Shown here piece after piece: positions 26,260 to 39,067 of a DNA stretch of 64,000 bases. Origin of the DNA: Pecten maximus (Eukaryota); assembly GCF_902652985.1 (NCBI RefSeq), contig NC_047033.1, positions 8,308,001 through 8,372,000 on the forward strand. Reading direction: 5' to 3'. The notes beneath the pieces are model-generated. The model saw only the letters and a program-made list of their open reading frames with translations, did not search any database and was not told the origin of the DNA. Position numbers and translations under genes: made by a program. How positions within the stretch are numbered: position 1 is the stretch's first letter; each line of letters begins with the position of its first letter.

Positions 26260-27557
26260 ATTTTGTTAAATACCATATTGAGGTATTTTGATGAATCAAC
26301 ATTTTCCCAATCTCAAAATAAGTATAATTTAATGCAACATGATGAATTTATCTTGACCTACGCATATTAGAATCCATAATTACATATGTAATATGACTAT
26401 TGTCTCAAATTTCACGCCATCAGCTTATTTATGTTTAATAATTAACCATCGTCCAGCCATAACTTAAGAAATGTTTTTCAAATGCCATATTAACCACTGA
26501 AAAACAAAACATATATAGTATCATTGTGCTAAAAAATTGTTTTAATTATAAACGTTCCATTCAGTTAGTGTCGGCAGGATAACAGTGAGCCATTTTACAC
26601 GGATCAGGAAAGAGAATAAAACTCGTAAGAAAAGTTTAATAAACTGCGGATGATATTTACTTTTTGCCTGTTTAGTTCATTGGAATTAATCAATTATGAA
26701 TTTTTCTATCAATTTATCTCCAATGCTTGCACATGTACATACCAATGCCACTAATAGAGATGAATTTGGCAAATAGTGTAGGTTATATAATCAATCATAT
26801 ACACGTATTATCATTGCTCTCAAATACTTATTTACAGTTTGGCTCTATTGTATGGTGGATAGATTAACTGTTAGCTCAAAACTAACAAACAATTAATGAC
26901 TTGTTTTCTGGTGAATACGGTGATTTTTTCGAAGCCTATTAACATTTTTGGGAACGAACTGGTGTGGTTGCATTGTTATATGAACCTGAAGCACTGGTTT
27001 TGGGTTGATATGATATCTGAGGAATGTGTGAATGTTTTGAATCAACCAATCAGTGAAAGGAGAAAGACACAGTCATATAATAATAAGAAGTAAATATTTT
27101 ACAGTTATGATATTATATTGGCAAAATAAACGCAAAATTGAACAAGATAAAAAAAAAATAAATAAAAGTATGTTAGCCGGTTCCGATAGCTACATTAAGT
27201 AGATACTAGAAATATGACGATATTGGGAAGTTTTAATTAATAGTGTAGACATTTAGAAATAGTTAACTGACATACATAAAATACCATGAATAAATCGATA
27301 TCACCTTTCTCATTTGCTTTTATCGATAAAAGGTACAGTAGCAATCGATGACACCGACAGGTATACGTATTATTAACCGAAGGACATGATTATTTCTACT
27401 GTCGCCGTTCCGATGTCGGGAAATGATTAATTGACGATGATGAAATGCATGCACTTCAGGAATCAATACGTAATATACCTAAATCATTTTGATAAACTTT
27501 AGCATTACTATTATACACCATCCGCTTTGACATTGCACAGTTATCATAAGAAATCAG

Positions 27558-27737
27558 GGTGCAGACGTTCAAAGGGGTAATCAGGTAAGCAGAGTTAAAG
27601 AGGAATTTCAAAAAAAAAAATATTTCTTTCTGCATGCCAATATTAAGAAATAACAACACTCTGGTTTTGAAGTTAAGAAGAAACGAAATTGTCACTAATC
27701 AAGTTTTTAAGCTAATAATCTTTTGAACAACTTGGCC
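27558..27737. mobile_element. Degenerate copy of the MITE at 19025-19257
   Basis: Right end CACTAATCAAG..TAAGCTAAT..TTTTGAACAACTTGGCCCTG matches that MITE; left TIR is degenerate. Confidence 0.55.
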
Positions 27738-30630
27738 CTGGTAATCAAAGTCCAGTTATATTTGGCATGTGCTTAATGTCAGTAAAAGAAGTAAAAAGGA
27801 TGAAACATATTTTGCTTATCATTTGAGTGAAATCGAGCTATCAATGACTGTAAATACTTCAAATATTATTATTTACTGAATTATAATATCAATTTGCCGT
27901 CGAGTAAATAGTAATACATTGATTGACCGAGTTCTATGTTACAATGATATCTAAGATATGACAGTGCATTTACATCGTGTCTGAAACAAGCAGAGTGAGA
28001 TATATTTTACAAGAAACATTTATATGATTTTTGTCGCCCTGCAAATTTTGGGTTAATTCCTGGTACGATTGAAAAATTAATAAATACATGATATATTTTT
28101 AGGACCTGATTCTGTATCACAGTTAGTTAGCAACAATTCTGTGTATCCATATGGATAATTTGAAATGAAATGACTGAAGTAATAGTCTCAAGTTGATTTG
28201 TTTGGTTTTAGAATAACATATTTATTAAACCTTTGTGTATCATTATTGTTTTTGTAGTTATTATTTGACATATACTATCATTTGTTAAGACAAAATCGTA
28301 CTAGAGATGATTTTATCAGCAACAGAAACATGTTCAATACTTTATTAGATTCAGTATGGTTCGATAGAAGTTGTATTATTATTTATAATGCATGTGAAAG
28401 ACGAAAGCTTTTATCATTAATAAATTACCACCAGACTTATTGCCGTCAGTTTATTGTGACGTTGACAGTAATCTATATATGCTATATATTTTAATCTGTA
28501 CTCGACTTATGGACTTTCAGATAGAATTACGGTTACCTTTTCACAATTTTGGTGTTCTTTGTTGTGATGTACATGTACTTGATTTACGATTGCCATGGAA
28601 TGAGCGTCTGAAGTCAACAGATGTAGTCATGGTTCGACGCTCCTTAGCCATGTCGGTTTGTGTTTCTCTGGAAACTGGCCGGTGTGTGTTATGCATGTGT
28701 CCTTGGGTAAGACACTTTATCGTAATTAATCCGGATAGCATGCAACATGCCTCTCGTATGTTGTTCAGTGAGGTAGTCACCAACTACTACAATGAGACCC
28801 CGCCCTAATGACACTGGATGTTCACGGGACAATAAACGCAACAAACAAACTATATGGGATACAAGTTTTTATATTTACGCCGTGGAGCCAAGTTTTATAT
28901 ATGTGATGCTGATTGCTTGAACGCAACTATGCCATCATGACACCAATCTTCATTGATGCCTGAAGGGGAAAATTAGCTATTTTGATCAGAGATGTGATAG
29001 TCTGATAATCGAAAGACTCAATTATTAATACGTTTGATATGAGGCAATAGGCTTGACTAAATTTGCTTAATTTTTTCAACCATGTACTCACATAACCATA
29101 GCTTCTGTTTGAACGATAAACACAGATCAAACTAAGTTTATCGTGTCACAACGTCACCATGTTAAAATCTTGGGTTCAACAACTTTTATTAATAATTTAG
29201 TATCACTTTCATAAGAATTCTGAAAAGAAGGAGTTTCAAGATATGTCAATTTCCCATATAGGTTGACCTAAACTGTTTTTATAAACTTGGACATCACTCA
29301 ACGATATATTGCTTGTATCTTCTTGGTTTCTTTGGCTATGCATTTAGTCAAAATTAATCGATGATGCACTTGGCAATTAACCAATTACGTAACAAAATTA
29401 ATAAACCAAGACCGCAGATTGCTACAAAACAGATAAAAATAATTATTGATTTTAACAAAATGGAAATGTTTGAACCATAAACTAAATAGAAAAAAAAAGC
29501 TAAAACTAAGTACACCGCCGATATTTTTTTCAAGTATTTGTGAAAACAAGTCATTTTTTAATCAAATGACATTTTGAATGTCTTTCATATTTAGTCCATT
29601 CAACATATTTAATGTATAGAGAGCTTTATCACTTACCCTAATCCTACCCAAGATAAAAACTTAACTATTTGTGCAAAGTGTTGATTTTTGGCTTTGATGT
29701 GTGACCTTACTGACTTTTTCAATAGTTGACGCAACATACTTCCCCGTAACACATGCTCTTCCTAATAGATCACAAACTGTAGCACGCATAAATGTAATGC
29801 TGACATGTGTAAACCACGTCCTTAAATAACTATAATTAGGACGTTTGATACGATATATTACACGATATTACAAGATAGTAACTAAACAATTTTTGCAACA
29901 GTATACCCATAACCCCAACCACATTGTTCTGTTTAAATTACTTTTTACATTTTATTTTCAAGTAAATATCGTCTATGTTCATGATATGAAATATTATTTT
30001 AAAGTGCTGCTATCCTATTTACAAAATCGCATCTGAGAGAGACTTAAAACACCTAATACAGCACCGCTCTCATAACGAGATGAGAGATAGGTGTGAAGGT
30101 GCGGGTTGTGAAGTTGTCTTTAGGAGAAACATTAAAAAAAAGGAAATTAGCAAAAAAAAAATAAAAAAAAAAAAAAAAAGGAAAAAAGACTATCCCAGTA
30201 CAACTGGTTTCTTGATATTTCAAAAGCAGATGGCGATAATTTTACTGAGGATCTAGAGATTAACACATTCGCTAAGTGTTTCAATACTTATCAGAAATGA
30301 AAATCGAAATCAAAACGATGGTGTTGATAGCATGCCATTATTATTCACAGAAGATTAGGTTTTGGTGCATCTTGCCACGCCAAATGCACACTGTGTATGA
30401 ATAGGTTCAATCAAAACTCGACCATTTTGTCCAAGCTCGCACAACACCAACTCATCTTTCATCTTAAACTTTGGTGTCCTTGATCTTCACGTAAGTATTC
30501 ACTTCATCTCATGGGGAAAGATCTTAACCCTAACGTTGAAATTCGCATTGATGAAAGATAAATGTTGACTTCTCAGCTACGCTCTAGATCAAAGGGTATC
30601 ATCAATGATCTTTCGGAGTTTCGCATATAC

Positions 30631-31549
30631 TATTAATGCAGGAGTCTTGTTTTGCTCTGCGTTTCTTGTCTTAGGATAATGCAGATTGTTAAGCCCGGAC
30701 AGGCTGGACAAAAACAAAAGTTTCTAGAATTTCTTTCACATAATTTGTCCTCTAATCGACACTGGCATGCACTGCTGTAATTCTGGGTAAAAGTGAAGAC
30801 GGACATATCCTAGAAACGGTGTTCAACTCTTTTAACATGTAAATTCCCAGTATATCAAAACATTTCATTTCATAATAAAAGCATTAGACAAAACTACTGT
30901 TCCGTGGACGTGACCATCTTACATGAGGAATATTCTGGAGCACAACAGTGTTCTCCAAATCATGTTTGTGGCAGGCGGGCGACTGTTATACTTGACGGTA
31001 CTAATATTTTTATATCTGAGTTCTGATCACAAGCTCCAGAGAATCTCCTACACTGGCAAGAAGAAGCGGAAATATTCGAAATTAAATGGATTATATCTGC
31101 CTAATGGCTACATTCTGGTCATAACAGGAACTTTTCCTGGAAGCGATAATGATGCAAAGGCTACAAAAGTCATCATTGATATTCTCTCCTGGCTGTAGAA
31201 AGATGACAATGTCGTTGTTGGTCTAGGGTTAATGAATGTTTTATCAGATATGGAATGACGTGATTTGACAACAAAGATGCCGTCTAATCTGAAAACTGTA
31301 CATTGGTACATCCACTTTTTCTCGTGATCATATACAGTTATAAAACATTTAACGTTATTTGTTTTACCAACAATTATAAAGCAGGTTATATTCTTAAAAT
31401 GGATTGTACAAAAGATACACACAATATTTCCACTTTTCAATACATACAGAGAGTTATGATACAACAGTGAAAAAAGAATTAAACCTACTGATAAGTATCA
31501 CCCTTAAACGACTATCAAAGCAGAGCAAAGCAAGACTCCTGCATTAATA
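30631..31549 (+). mobile_element. Internally deleted PIF/Harbinger (ISL2EU-like) transposon with a DDE_Tnp_4-type transposase remnant
   Basis: 30-bp TIRs TATTAATGCAGGAGTCTTGTTTTGCTCTGC (30631) and GCAGAGCAAAGCAAGACTCCTGCATTAATA (31520-31549). Frameshifted VILDGT...QRISYTGKK...PNGYI..ITGTFPGSDNDA at about 30983-31170. Confidence 0.75.
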
Positions 31550-32029
31550 ACATAAACTACTATATATTGCTGGATCAGTTAAATAATATTTAACGATATC
31601 TCGTTTGTATCAATTAAGAAAAAAAAACCCATTATAAACATATTTGAGTTGTAAATATTATAAATAGCTACGTATATATGGAACTGATATTAAGGCGATA
31701 TTCTAATTATGTTTCTGGTAGACTTCATACTATACTGTTTTTATAACATCAAAGCGTTTTAAATAAATCTATTGTCTTTTTAGCTGCACCGTTAAGTTTG
31801 ACTCAATAGAGTGTACATGTCAAGGCATCGTTATAAAATGTCCACGTTTTTCTGTTGCGATACAATAACAACATACCAACTCTTCAATTCACTCCTCGCT
31901 AGTGTCGACCTTGGCTTTTGTTCCATCCTTTGTCTTGCTATACCCCAGTCTTTACTACAGACAAGTAGTTATTACGTCACATGTATCCATACGGCACTTG
32001 TGGGTTCTATAACACATGTATTCATATGT

Positions 32030-33200
32030 CACTGGTAGAACTACCTACTAGACACCTGTATTCATATGACACGGGTAGTTACATGGCAGCTGTATTCATA
32101 CAGCACTGGTAGTTAATTGACAACTGCATTCATACATCACTGGTAGTTAATTGACAACTGCATTCATACATTACTGGTAGTTAATTGACAACTATATTCA
32201 TACATCACTGGTAGTTAATTGACAACTATATTCATACATCACTGGTAGTTACATGGCAGCTGTATTCATCACTGGTAGTTAATTGACAACTGCATTCATA
32301 CATCACTGGTAGTTAATTGACAACTATATTCATACATCACTGGTAGTTAATTGACAACAACTGTATTTATACGGCATTGGTAGTTACTAAGACACCTATA
32401 TTCATACAATACTGGTAGTTACTAAGACACCTATATTCAAACAGTACTGGTAGCTACTAAGACACCCCTATCCATACGACACTGGCTGTTACTAAGACAC
32501 ATGTATCCATAAGACAATGGCTGTTACTAAGACACATGTATCCGTAAGACACTGGCTGTTACTAAGACACGTGTATCCGTACGATACTGGTCGTTACTAA
32601 GACACATGAAGTCATACAACACTGGTAGTTACTAGACACCTCTATACAATACTGGTAGTTAAAAAACACCTGTATCCATAGTTACTAAAACACCTGTATC
32701 CATAGTTACTAAAACACCTGTATTCATAGTTACTAAAACACCTGTATTCATAGTTACTAAAACACCTGTATTCATAGTTACTAAAACATATGTATCCATA
32801 GTTACTAAAACACCTGCATACGACACTGGTAGTTACTAATACATCTGCAGTCATACGACACGCTGAGACACCAGTATCCATAGTTACTAAAACACCTGTA
32901 TCCATAGTTACTAAAACACCTGTATCCATAGTTACTAAAACACATGTATCCATAGTTACTAAAACACCTGTATCCATAGTTACTAAAACACCTGTATTCA
33001 TAGTTACTAAAACACCTGTATCCATAGTTACTAAAACACCTGTATCCATAGTTACTAAAACACCTGTATTCATAGTTACTAAAACACCTGTATCCATAGT
33101 TACTAAAACACCTGTATCCATAGTTACTAAAACACCTGTATTCATACGACACTGTTAGTTACTCATACATATGCAGTCATACGACACTCTTAAGACATTT
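32030..33200. repeat. Compound minisatellite: 33-34-bp units followed by derived 24-bp units (CATAGTTACTAAAACACCTGTATY)
   Basis: Direct observation; explains repeat ORFs 32642-33145 and 32805-33152. Confidence 0.93.
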
Positions 33201-34175
33201 GTATTCATAGTAAACTGATAGTTATTATAACAACATTAGTATAGAAATGATTTTTATTATATCCTGCTAGCTGTATCCAATAAATAGTAAAAGTGTATTC
33301 GATAATTAATTAATTAATAAACTATTCAATGGAACGTTCCATCGTTAAAGAATTGAACAACATATTGATGTCTATAACTACCTTTTGTTATTCTAATGAC
33401 GAGGTAGATCTCTAATGTAAATTCTGTAACGGTAATTTGCCAGGCTAGAGACCTTGAATTATTGTTATACAGTACATATGACTTTTAAAGTTTTCGTAAA
33501 AGAAAATTGATCTGTGACAATCTACTCTAGAGATATATCACTCGGCACTACAGCTCATTGTTAGTGACACGGACAATAGTGTAATCTTACAGTGTACATA
33601 TCTCACGATCGCGGGTACTTAAAACAAATGGTATATTTACGAGTTCAGAACTGTCGTTGGATTAAGGTATTTGACAAAGGGTAGGGAACAATTTCTATGT
33701 AAACAATTCTAAAGTGAAACGTCGAAACATGTATTGCTCTTGATACTTTTTGCCAATTTGGGATAGTCACTAACCGGGTGTTATCGGCATGTCGTTTCAG
33801 TGATATCAACTTAAAACTGGTGATGTAACGTTCTACCAAGGAATAAAGATCAGGGAATTATCCCTGATGTAAGTTGATCTATTGTGTCTTTGGGAATTAC
33901 TTTTCACGGCCTTCTATTGTCAAATATCGAGAAGTGGCAGAACATTTCTGGAAATATCAAAAACAGGGTGTTACCTAGTACATCGGGCGCCTTTTTTGGA
34001 AGTATACTGTGAATGTTAACCTATGCTGGCATATTCATATGAGTGATTGAGGAATTTATCATTCTCAAGGATTTGAAGATAAACGGTGTTGGGAACATGA
34101 ATGAGTGATGTTTTCTACTTATAAGCAATTATAACATAAACTTTAAAATTTATGTAAGATAACTCACTGGTAAAA

Positions 34176-35474
34176 ATGGAAACTATTTTGATGGTGTCAT
34201 TACTTTGTGTGTTTGCTACACTCCCGGATCCTGCTACATCGTACACACACGACAACGTGAAAGATCTGCTTACAGACATCTTCACGATAAACTCGTACAA
34301 CAAGATGGTTCGACCTGCTGCAGATCAATCATACCCAATAATTATGTATCTGAACTTAAATCTCGTGGGAATAACCGATATTGACGAGGTACAAGAAAAA
34401 ATGACAACCACGGCTTCCCTTGAGATTTTTTGGATTGATGAGTATATGATTTGGGATCCGGCTGACTACAACGACACTGATATACTTTATGTACCTCAGA
34501 AAAATATCTGGAAGCCAGATATTGCTTTGGACAATGGCTTTACCAAACTAGAGGAACTTGGAGACGATTTTTTATTGACAAGAATATACCACGATGGCAC
34601 CGTGGAGTGGCGACCGTACGATGTGTTTGAAACGAAATGTTCTATTGACATAACATACTTTCCCTTTGACAAACAAAAGTGCGACATCATATTTGGAGTT
34701 TGGATGAGCCCGCTGAGTGATGTTGATGTTGAGTTAGGAGGTAAAGGCATTTTACTAGATGCCTATCAATCTAACGGCGAATGGGATCTCCTGACAACGT
34801 CAGCTGTCGCTTCAGAATCACTACTAGATGGCGCTGTTGTCACCTTCTCTATAACTGTAAAGAGAAAACCTCAATACATCCTTTACAATGTAGTACTCCC
34901 CATTATAATGTTGTCACTGCTATCTGTGTTCGTTTTTGCTCTCCCTGTTGATTCCGGCGAAAAGATGGGTTATATAATGACACTCTACCTAGCGTTTGCT
35001 GTCTTTCTAACAATTGTAAGTGCGTCACTTCCGGTAAGTTCTTCCATGTCCCTATTGAGCTTATACCTAATATTGCTTCTGAGTTTGGGAACTGCCACTG
35101 TTATGATTACGACACTGGAACTCAGAATTCACTACCTCGACAATTCCTACGAAATACCAAAATTCGCAAAATGCCTTGTCCGTTCACGCCAAAGGATGCG
35201 ATGCCGCAGAACGAGTAAGAAGATACATGACGCGGGTGAAAATGAAGCTAGCATTTCAATCATAAACAATGCAACGTTAGATTCTCCAAAATCGGAAACT
35301 TCGAAACCGCCGCTTGTGAAAAAACTCGCAAAGCCGGACGTACCCAAGGAAGAGTTGACATGGCCGGATGTGACATCAGCAATCGATTTCTACTGTTTTT
35401 GGTCGTTCTTGCTAGCTAACATATTAATAACTGTTATCATTTTTGCAGACGGGTATGTTAAGAGCGAACGTTAG
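34176..35474 (+). CDS. Intronless Cys-loop nAChR-like subunit, non-alpha, copy C (432 aa)
   Basis: Same architecture; Cys-loop identical to copy A and PVDSGEK linker. Confidence 0.95.
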   Translation: METILMVSLLCVFATLPDPATSYTHDNVKDLLTDIFTINSYNKMVRPAADQSYPIIMYLNLNLVGITDIDEVQEKMTTTASLEIFWIDEYMIWDPADYNDTDILYVPQKNIWKPDIALDNGFTKLEELGDDFLLTRIYHDGTVEWRPYDVFETKCSIDITYFPFDKQKCDIIFGVWMSPLSDVDVELGGKGILLDAYQSNGEWDLLTTSAVASESLLDGAVVTFSITVKRKPQYILYNVVLPIIMLSLLSVFVFALPVDSGEKMGYIMTLYLAFAVFLTIVSASLPVSSSMSLLSLYLILLLSLGTATVMITTLELRIHYLDNSYEIPKFAKCLVRSRQRMRCRRTSKKIHDAGENEASISIINNATLDSPKSETSKPPLVKKLAKPDVPKEELTWPDVTSAIDFYCFWSFLLANILITVIIFADGYVKSER

Positions 35475-38400
35475 GTTGTTTATCATGTTTACTGACATTT
35501 CGGAATGTTATCCGGTAGACAAGAAAGCATACAAGTCATATTATGGTGACGAATCTTAACACGATTTATATTTGATACAACATCATGTTTTTATATTGCT
35601 AATCATACATTGTATGGACATAATGTCATCGTTGAATCAGCACAAAATTGCGATGGTGTAACTGCTGTGCATATAAACATGAACATTTCTGCGTATTTTG
35701 TACGTGATGGTACCTAATTGTACAAAATATTCTTTTTATGTCAGGATTTTCGTAAAACAACCAATGAATGTTTATACGTGACTTTTCCGATGACTTGGCA
35801 TACTAAAACGGTATGTACACTGCCATCTTCATCAGATAAATCACCTGGGCAGCACGTGTACGAAATCCCAAGATCGATGTCGATTTCGGCTATGCTGCAG
35901 TGTACAAAGTCATGATATGCTGTAGTATTATAATTTGTCCGAAATGACTCGATTCTGGTGTTCTTTGCCTAATACCTGGTCATATGATACGTACATTTTT
36001 AGTATTACGTGTACATACCCGAATATGTGTTCTTGACTTTGTACTTCATTAGATACATGTACATGTCTCTATGTTAGAATATGTTAAAAACTTACTGCTT
36101 ATCAACGAAGATGTACCATAAAGATAAAACTTAATCGCTAAAATAAGAATTTTAGACCGGGAAATCGCAAAAATTAAACCCGCTGATTCCCGATCCTTGA
36201 ATTTTAACGTTAAGATGGTATGCTTTACACTCGCTAAAAAGAAACAACTTGCGTCTGATTATACAGTACATATACGTATACCCACTTTCTCGCTCTGTCT
36301 CGCTCTCCCTTCCTCTTCTTATTTCTCTCCTTCCCCCTTCTCTCTCTCTCTCATAAATTAAATGTACAATGTATGAAAATTGCATGATATAGTGTATTTT
36401 GTATACTATTGCGGAAAGGGGAATTATTAAGCTGCAGTAACTTTAATCCAATCTTTTTGTTAAACCTCTTGCAATAAAATATGTTTAAACTACCCATGGT
36501 CGACTGTTCTACACTACCCTTATCAAGTGAAGCGTAGTGGATATATACCCACAGTACGCCACACTTACGCACGTGTAGTGACGTCATTGACCTCGGGCAT
36601 CCGACGATGATGAGTTAAGTAACATATATATACATGTACAGTTTACTTAGGTGTAGTCTGTTATCCGTGTGTGTGTTAAAGTGTACCCTGAACGAAAAAT
36701 TATATTTAGATATGTTATTGGTATTGATTAATAAACAAGAATGCAGAAAACCGCATCGAAATCGGCCGACCCATCACCGAGTAATTGCGATTTTCATACG
36801 GGAGAGAGATTTAGTATATTGTAGATAATGATGATTATAATATATTACTTTCTAAATTAAGTGTCCTCATGACTTGAAGCGGGTTTTGTATAGAATATAA
36901 CGCATGGATTTACTGTACGTGTGTTCGTCTTTTCTCACAAACCAGAGTATCTAGAACTGTTGTATTGTTGGTATGTTTATTTGAATACTAATTTGCGAAT
37001 GAAATGGCACATTATTTTACTTAAAAATGTTGATGCTGTGTTCCTTTCTTTGGTAATGAGTAAGAAATGGTAAACACATAACTAATATACATTTATTGTT
37101 GATTGGCCGATTATTACACCAGTCTGTGTTAACCAAGCGGTCATTTTAAGAGTCAATTTCACTATTTTTTTTTTTTTTTTTTTAATTTAAAACTCAAACT
37201 TATACTGTTGGATTCCGACTTCTCGTCGGCAATATTCGCCAAATTCAACAACCTCAAATCTCATGTCCAGATCGTATTCAAACATGTTTGTGCTGATACT
37301 GTTCACACTGTCCTCTATGCTACTGGCCACCACAACACTCACTCCGTTCAACCTGTGACGTCATAGACTGAAGAGTGACTGACCGATACGCTGATTAGCA
37401 GTCGACCGACAGGTGCAAACCGCGTACTTCGATGTGCGATATCTCGGCACTCGGCCAACCGATTTTGATGCGGTTTGGGACACTCTTCTTTGGTGGTTAC
37501 AAAGAATAACATATTTGATTATCGTTTTTCGTTCAGGGTACACTTTAAGTACATACAGACGTCGTCCAATGTGCTCGAACTAATAACCCACTTAGCGGGC
37601 GGTCGTATACATGTAGTTTAGGCTAAAACCTGTAGTTAATATGTTATGAAAACATTGGTTCTGGTCAATAACTCGGAATGAATTATTCACAAAAAGTATT
37701 GAATTTCGATGGATGCTATTTGTCCTGAGACATCAAATAGTTTTAACAAGATGTTTAATCGCAGAGCTTATTCTGTTTTAATTGATATGAAGCGTTCTAC
37801 TCGGAAACACGAGACGCAGTCTATATAAATCCGGGATCGACTACGGCAGGGAGAACTCAAACACAAAACTTAAAGAGTTCACATTATTTTATTAACACAC
37901 CCATGACGTCAGAATACAGTTAAATTCCACTCCGAAACACTCTCCCAGCATCCACCAGAATGTCTCAAATTATTTCAGAAGTATATCTTCAATAGTAAAG
38001 TGTAAATCCCATGGTGAGATATATATATATATATATATATATAATGGGAAAAACGTATATTTTCTACGTGGAATATTAAGCCAGAAATGCTATTTTTGTA
38101 TGTGGAAAATCGGTAGGTTATTATCATCGGCACGACATAGCGAGTTATCGCCAGTATCTCCTTAATTACAAGTATGGCAGTGAGAGCAAAACAATGTAAA
38201 CAATAGAAATGTGAATACAAAGAAACAATACAATTATTACCATTGTTAAAATAATGTACACGAACATGTTTTTTGTTCTGCGTACCTGTTCATCCAATAC
38301 ACATAACTTGTTGATAAGTTCTTAATTTAAACTAAATGACTAGACTTCATATTATTAGATATTTCAGATTCAGATCTCCTCGCTTTATTTCGAATAATAT

Positions 38401-38845
38401 GTTGTCATTCAGCTATTGCGTATCATTAACTCCAATGAAAAAAGCAAATATGTCAGTGAATATATTTCGTATTGATATGCGCATATCTAAACAAGCCTTA
38501 TTCAATCTATCACTTAGCATTATATAGAAAATGTATAAATAGTTATCTAGATGTAACTGTGTTTCATTTCTCCTTTTTCAAGTTTCAAGAGTTTTTTTTT
38601 CTTTTTCTTTTTGGGAGGGGGTGTTGGGTGTTGGGTGTTAATATTTTCCCTCGTTTTATCAATGTTTTATTAGTTTAATTATTTATTTTATTTTTTTGAT
38701 AGGGCGGTGTTCTCTTATTCCAGCCAAATATTTGTTTGCATGTTCGTTGTTTATCATCCCGGTAACTATAAGTGTTTCGAAAGACAAAACCTTCAGCGAA
38801 GAGTCATGAGCGATAATAATGATCTTCCCTCTATTCACTTTGAAA

Positions 38846-39067
38846 GGGGCCGCGGTGGCCGAGTGGTTAAGGTGTAGCGACACTTTAACACTAGCCCTCC
38901 ACCACTGGGTTGCGAGTTCGATACCTACGTGGGGCAGTTGCCAGGTATTGACCGTAGGCCGGTGGTTTTTCTCCGGGCTTTCCTCCACCTCCAAAACCTG
39001 GCACGTCCTTAAATGACCCTGGCTGTTAATAGGACGTTAAACAAAAACAAACCAATCAAACCAAACC
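38846..39067 (+). mobile_element. tRNA-derived SINE, copy 3
   Basis: Near-identical to copy 1 apart from a short deletion in the core. TSD ATTCACTTTGA at 38833-38843 and 39068-39078. Confidence 0.9.

Noticed and set aside
32642-33152. (MDTGVLVT)n and (NYGYRCFS)n ORFs
   Set aside because: By-products of the 24-bp minisatellite.
15368-34750. Near-identical 84-aa antisense ORFs in nAChR copies A and C
   Set aside because: Shadow ORFs; their identity only reflects the conversion tract.
19791-39016. Recurrent small ORFs (..WGSCQVLTVGRWFFSG..)
   Set aside because: Translations of three SINE copies.
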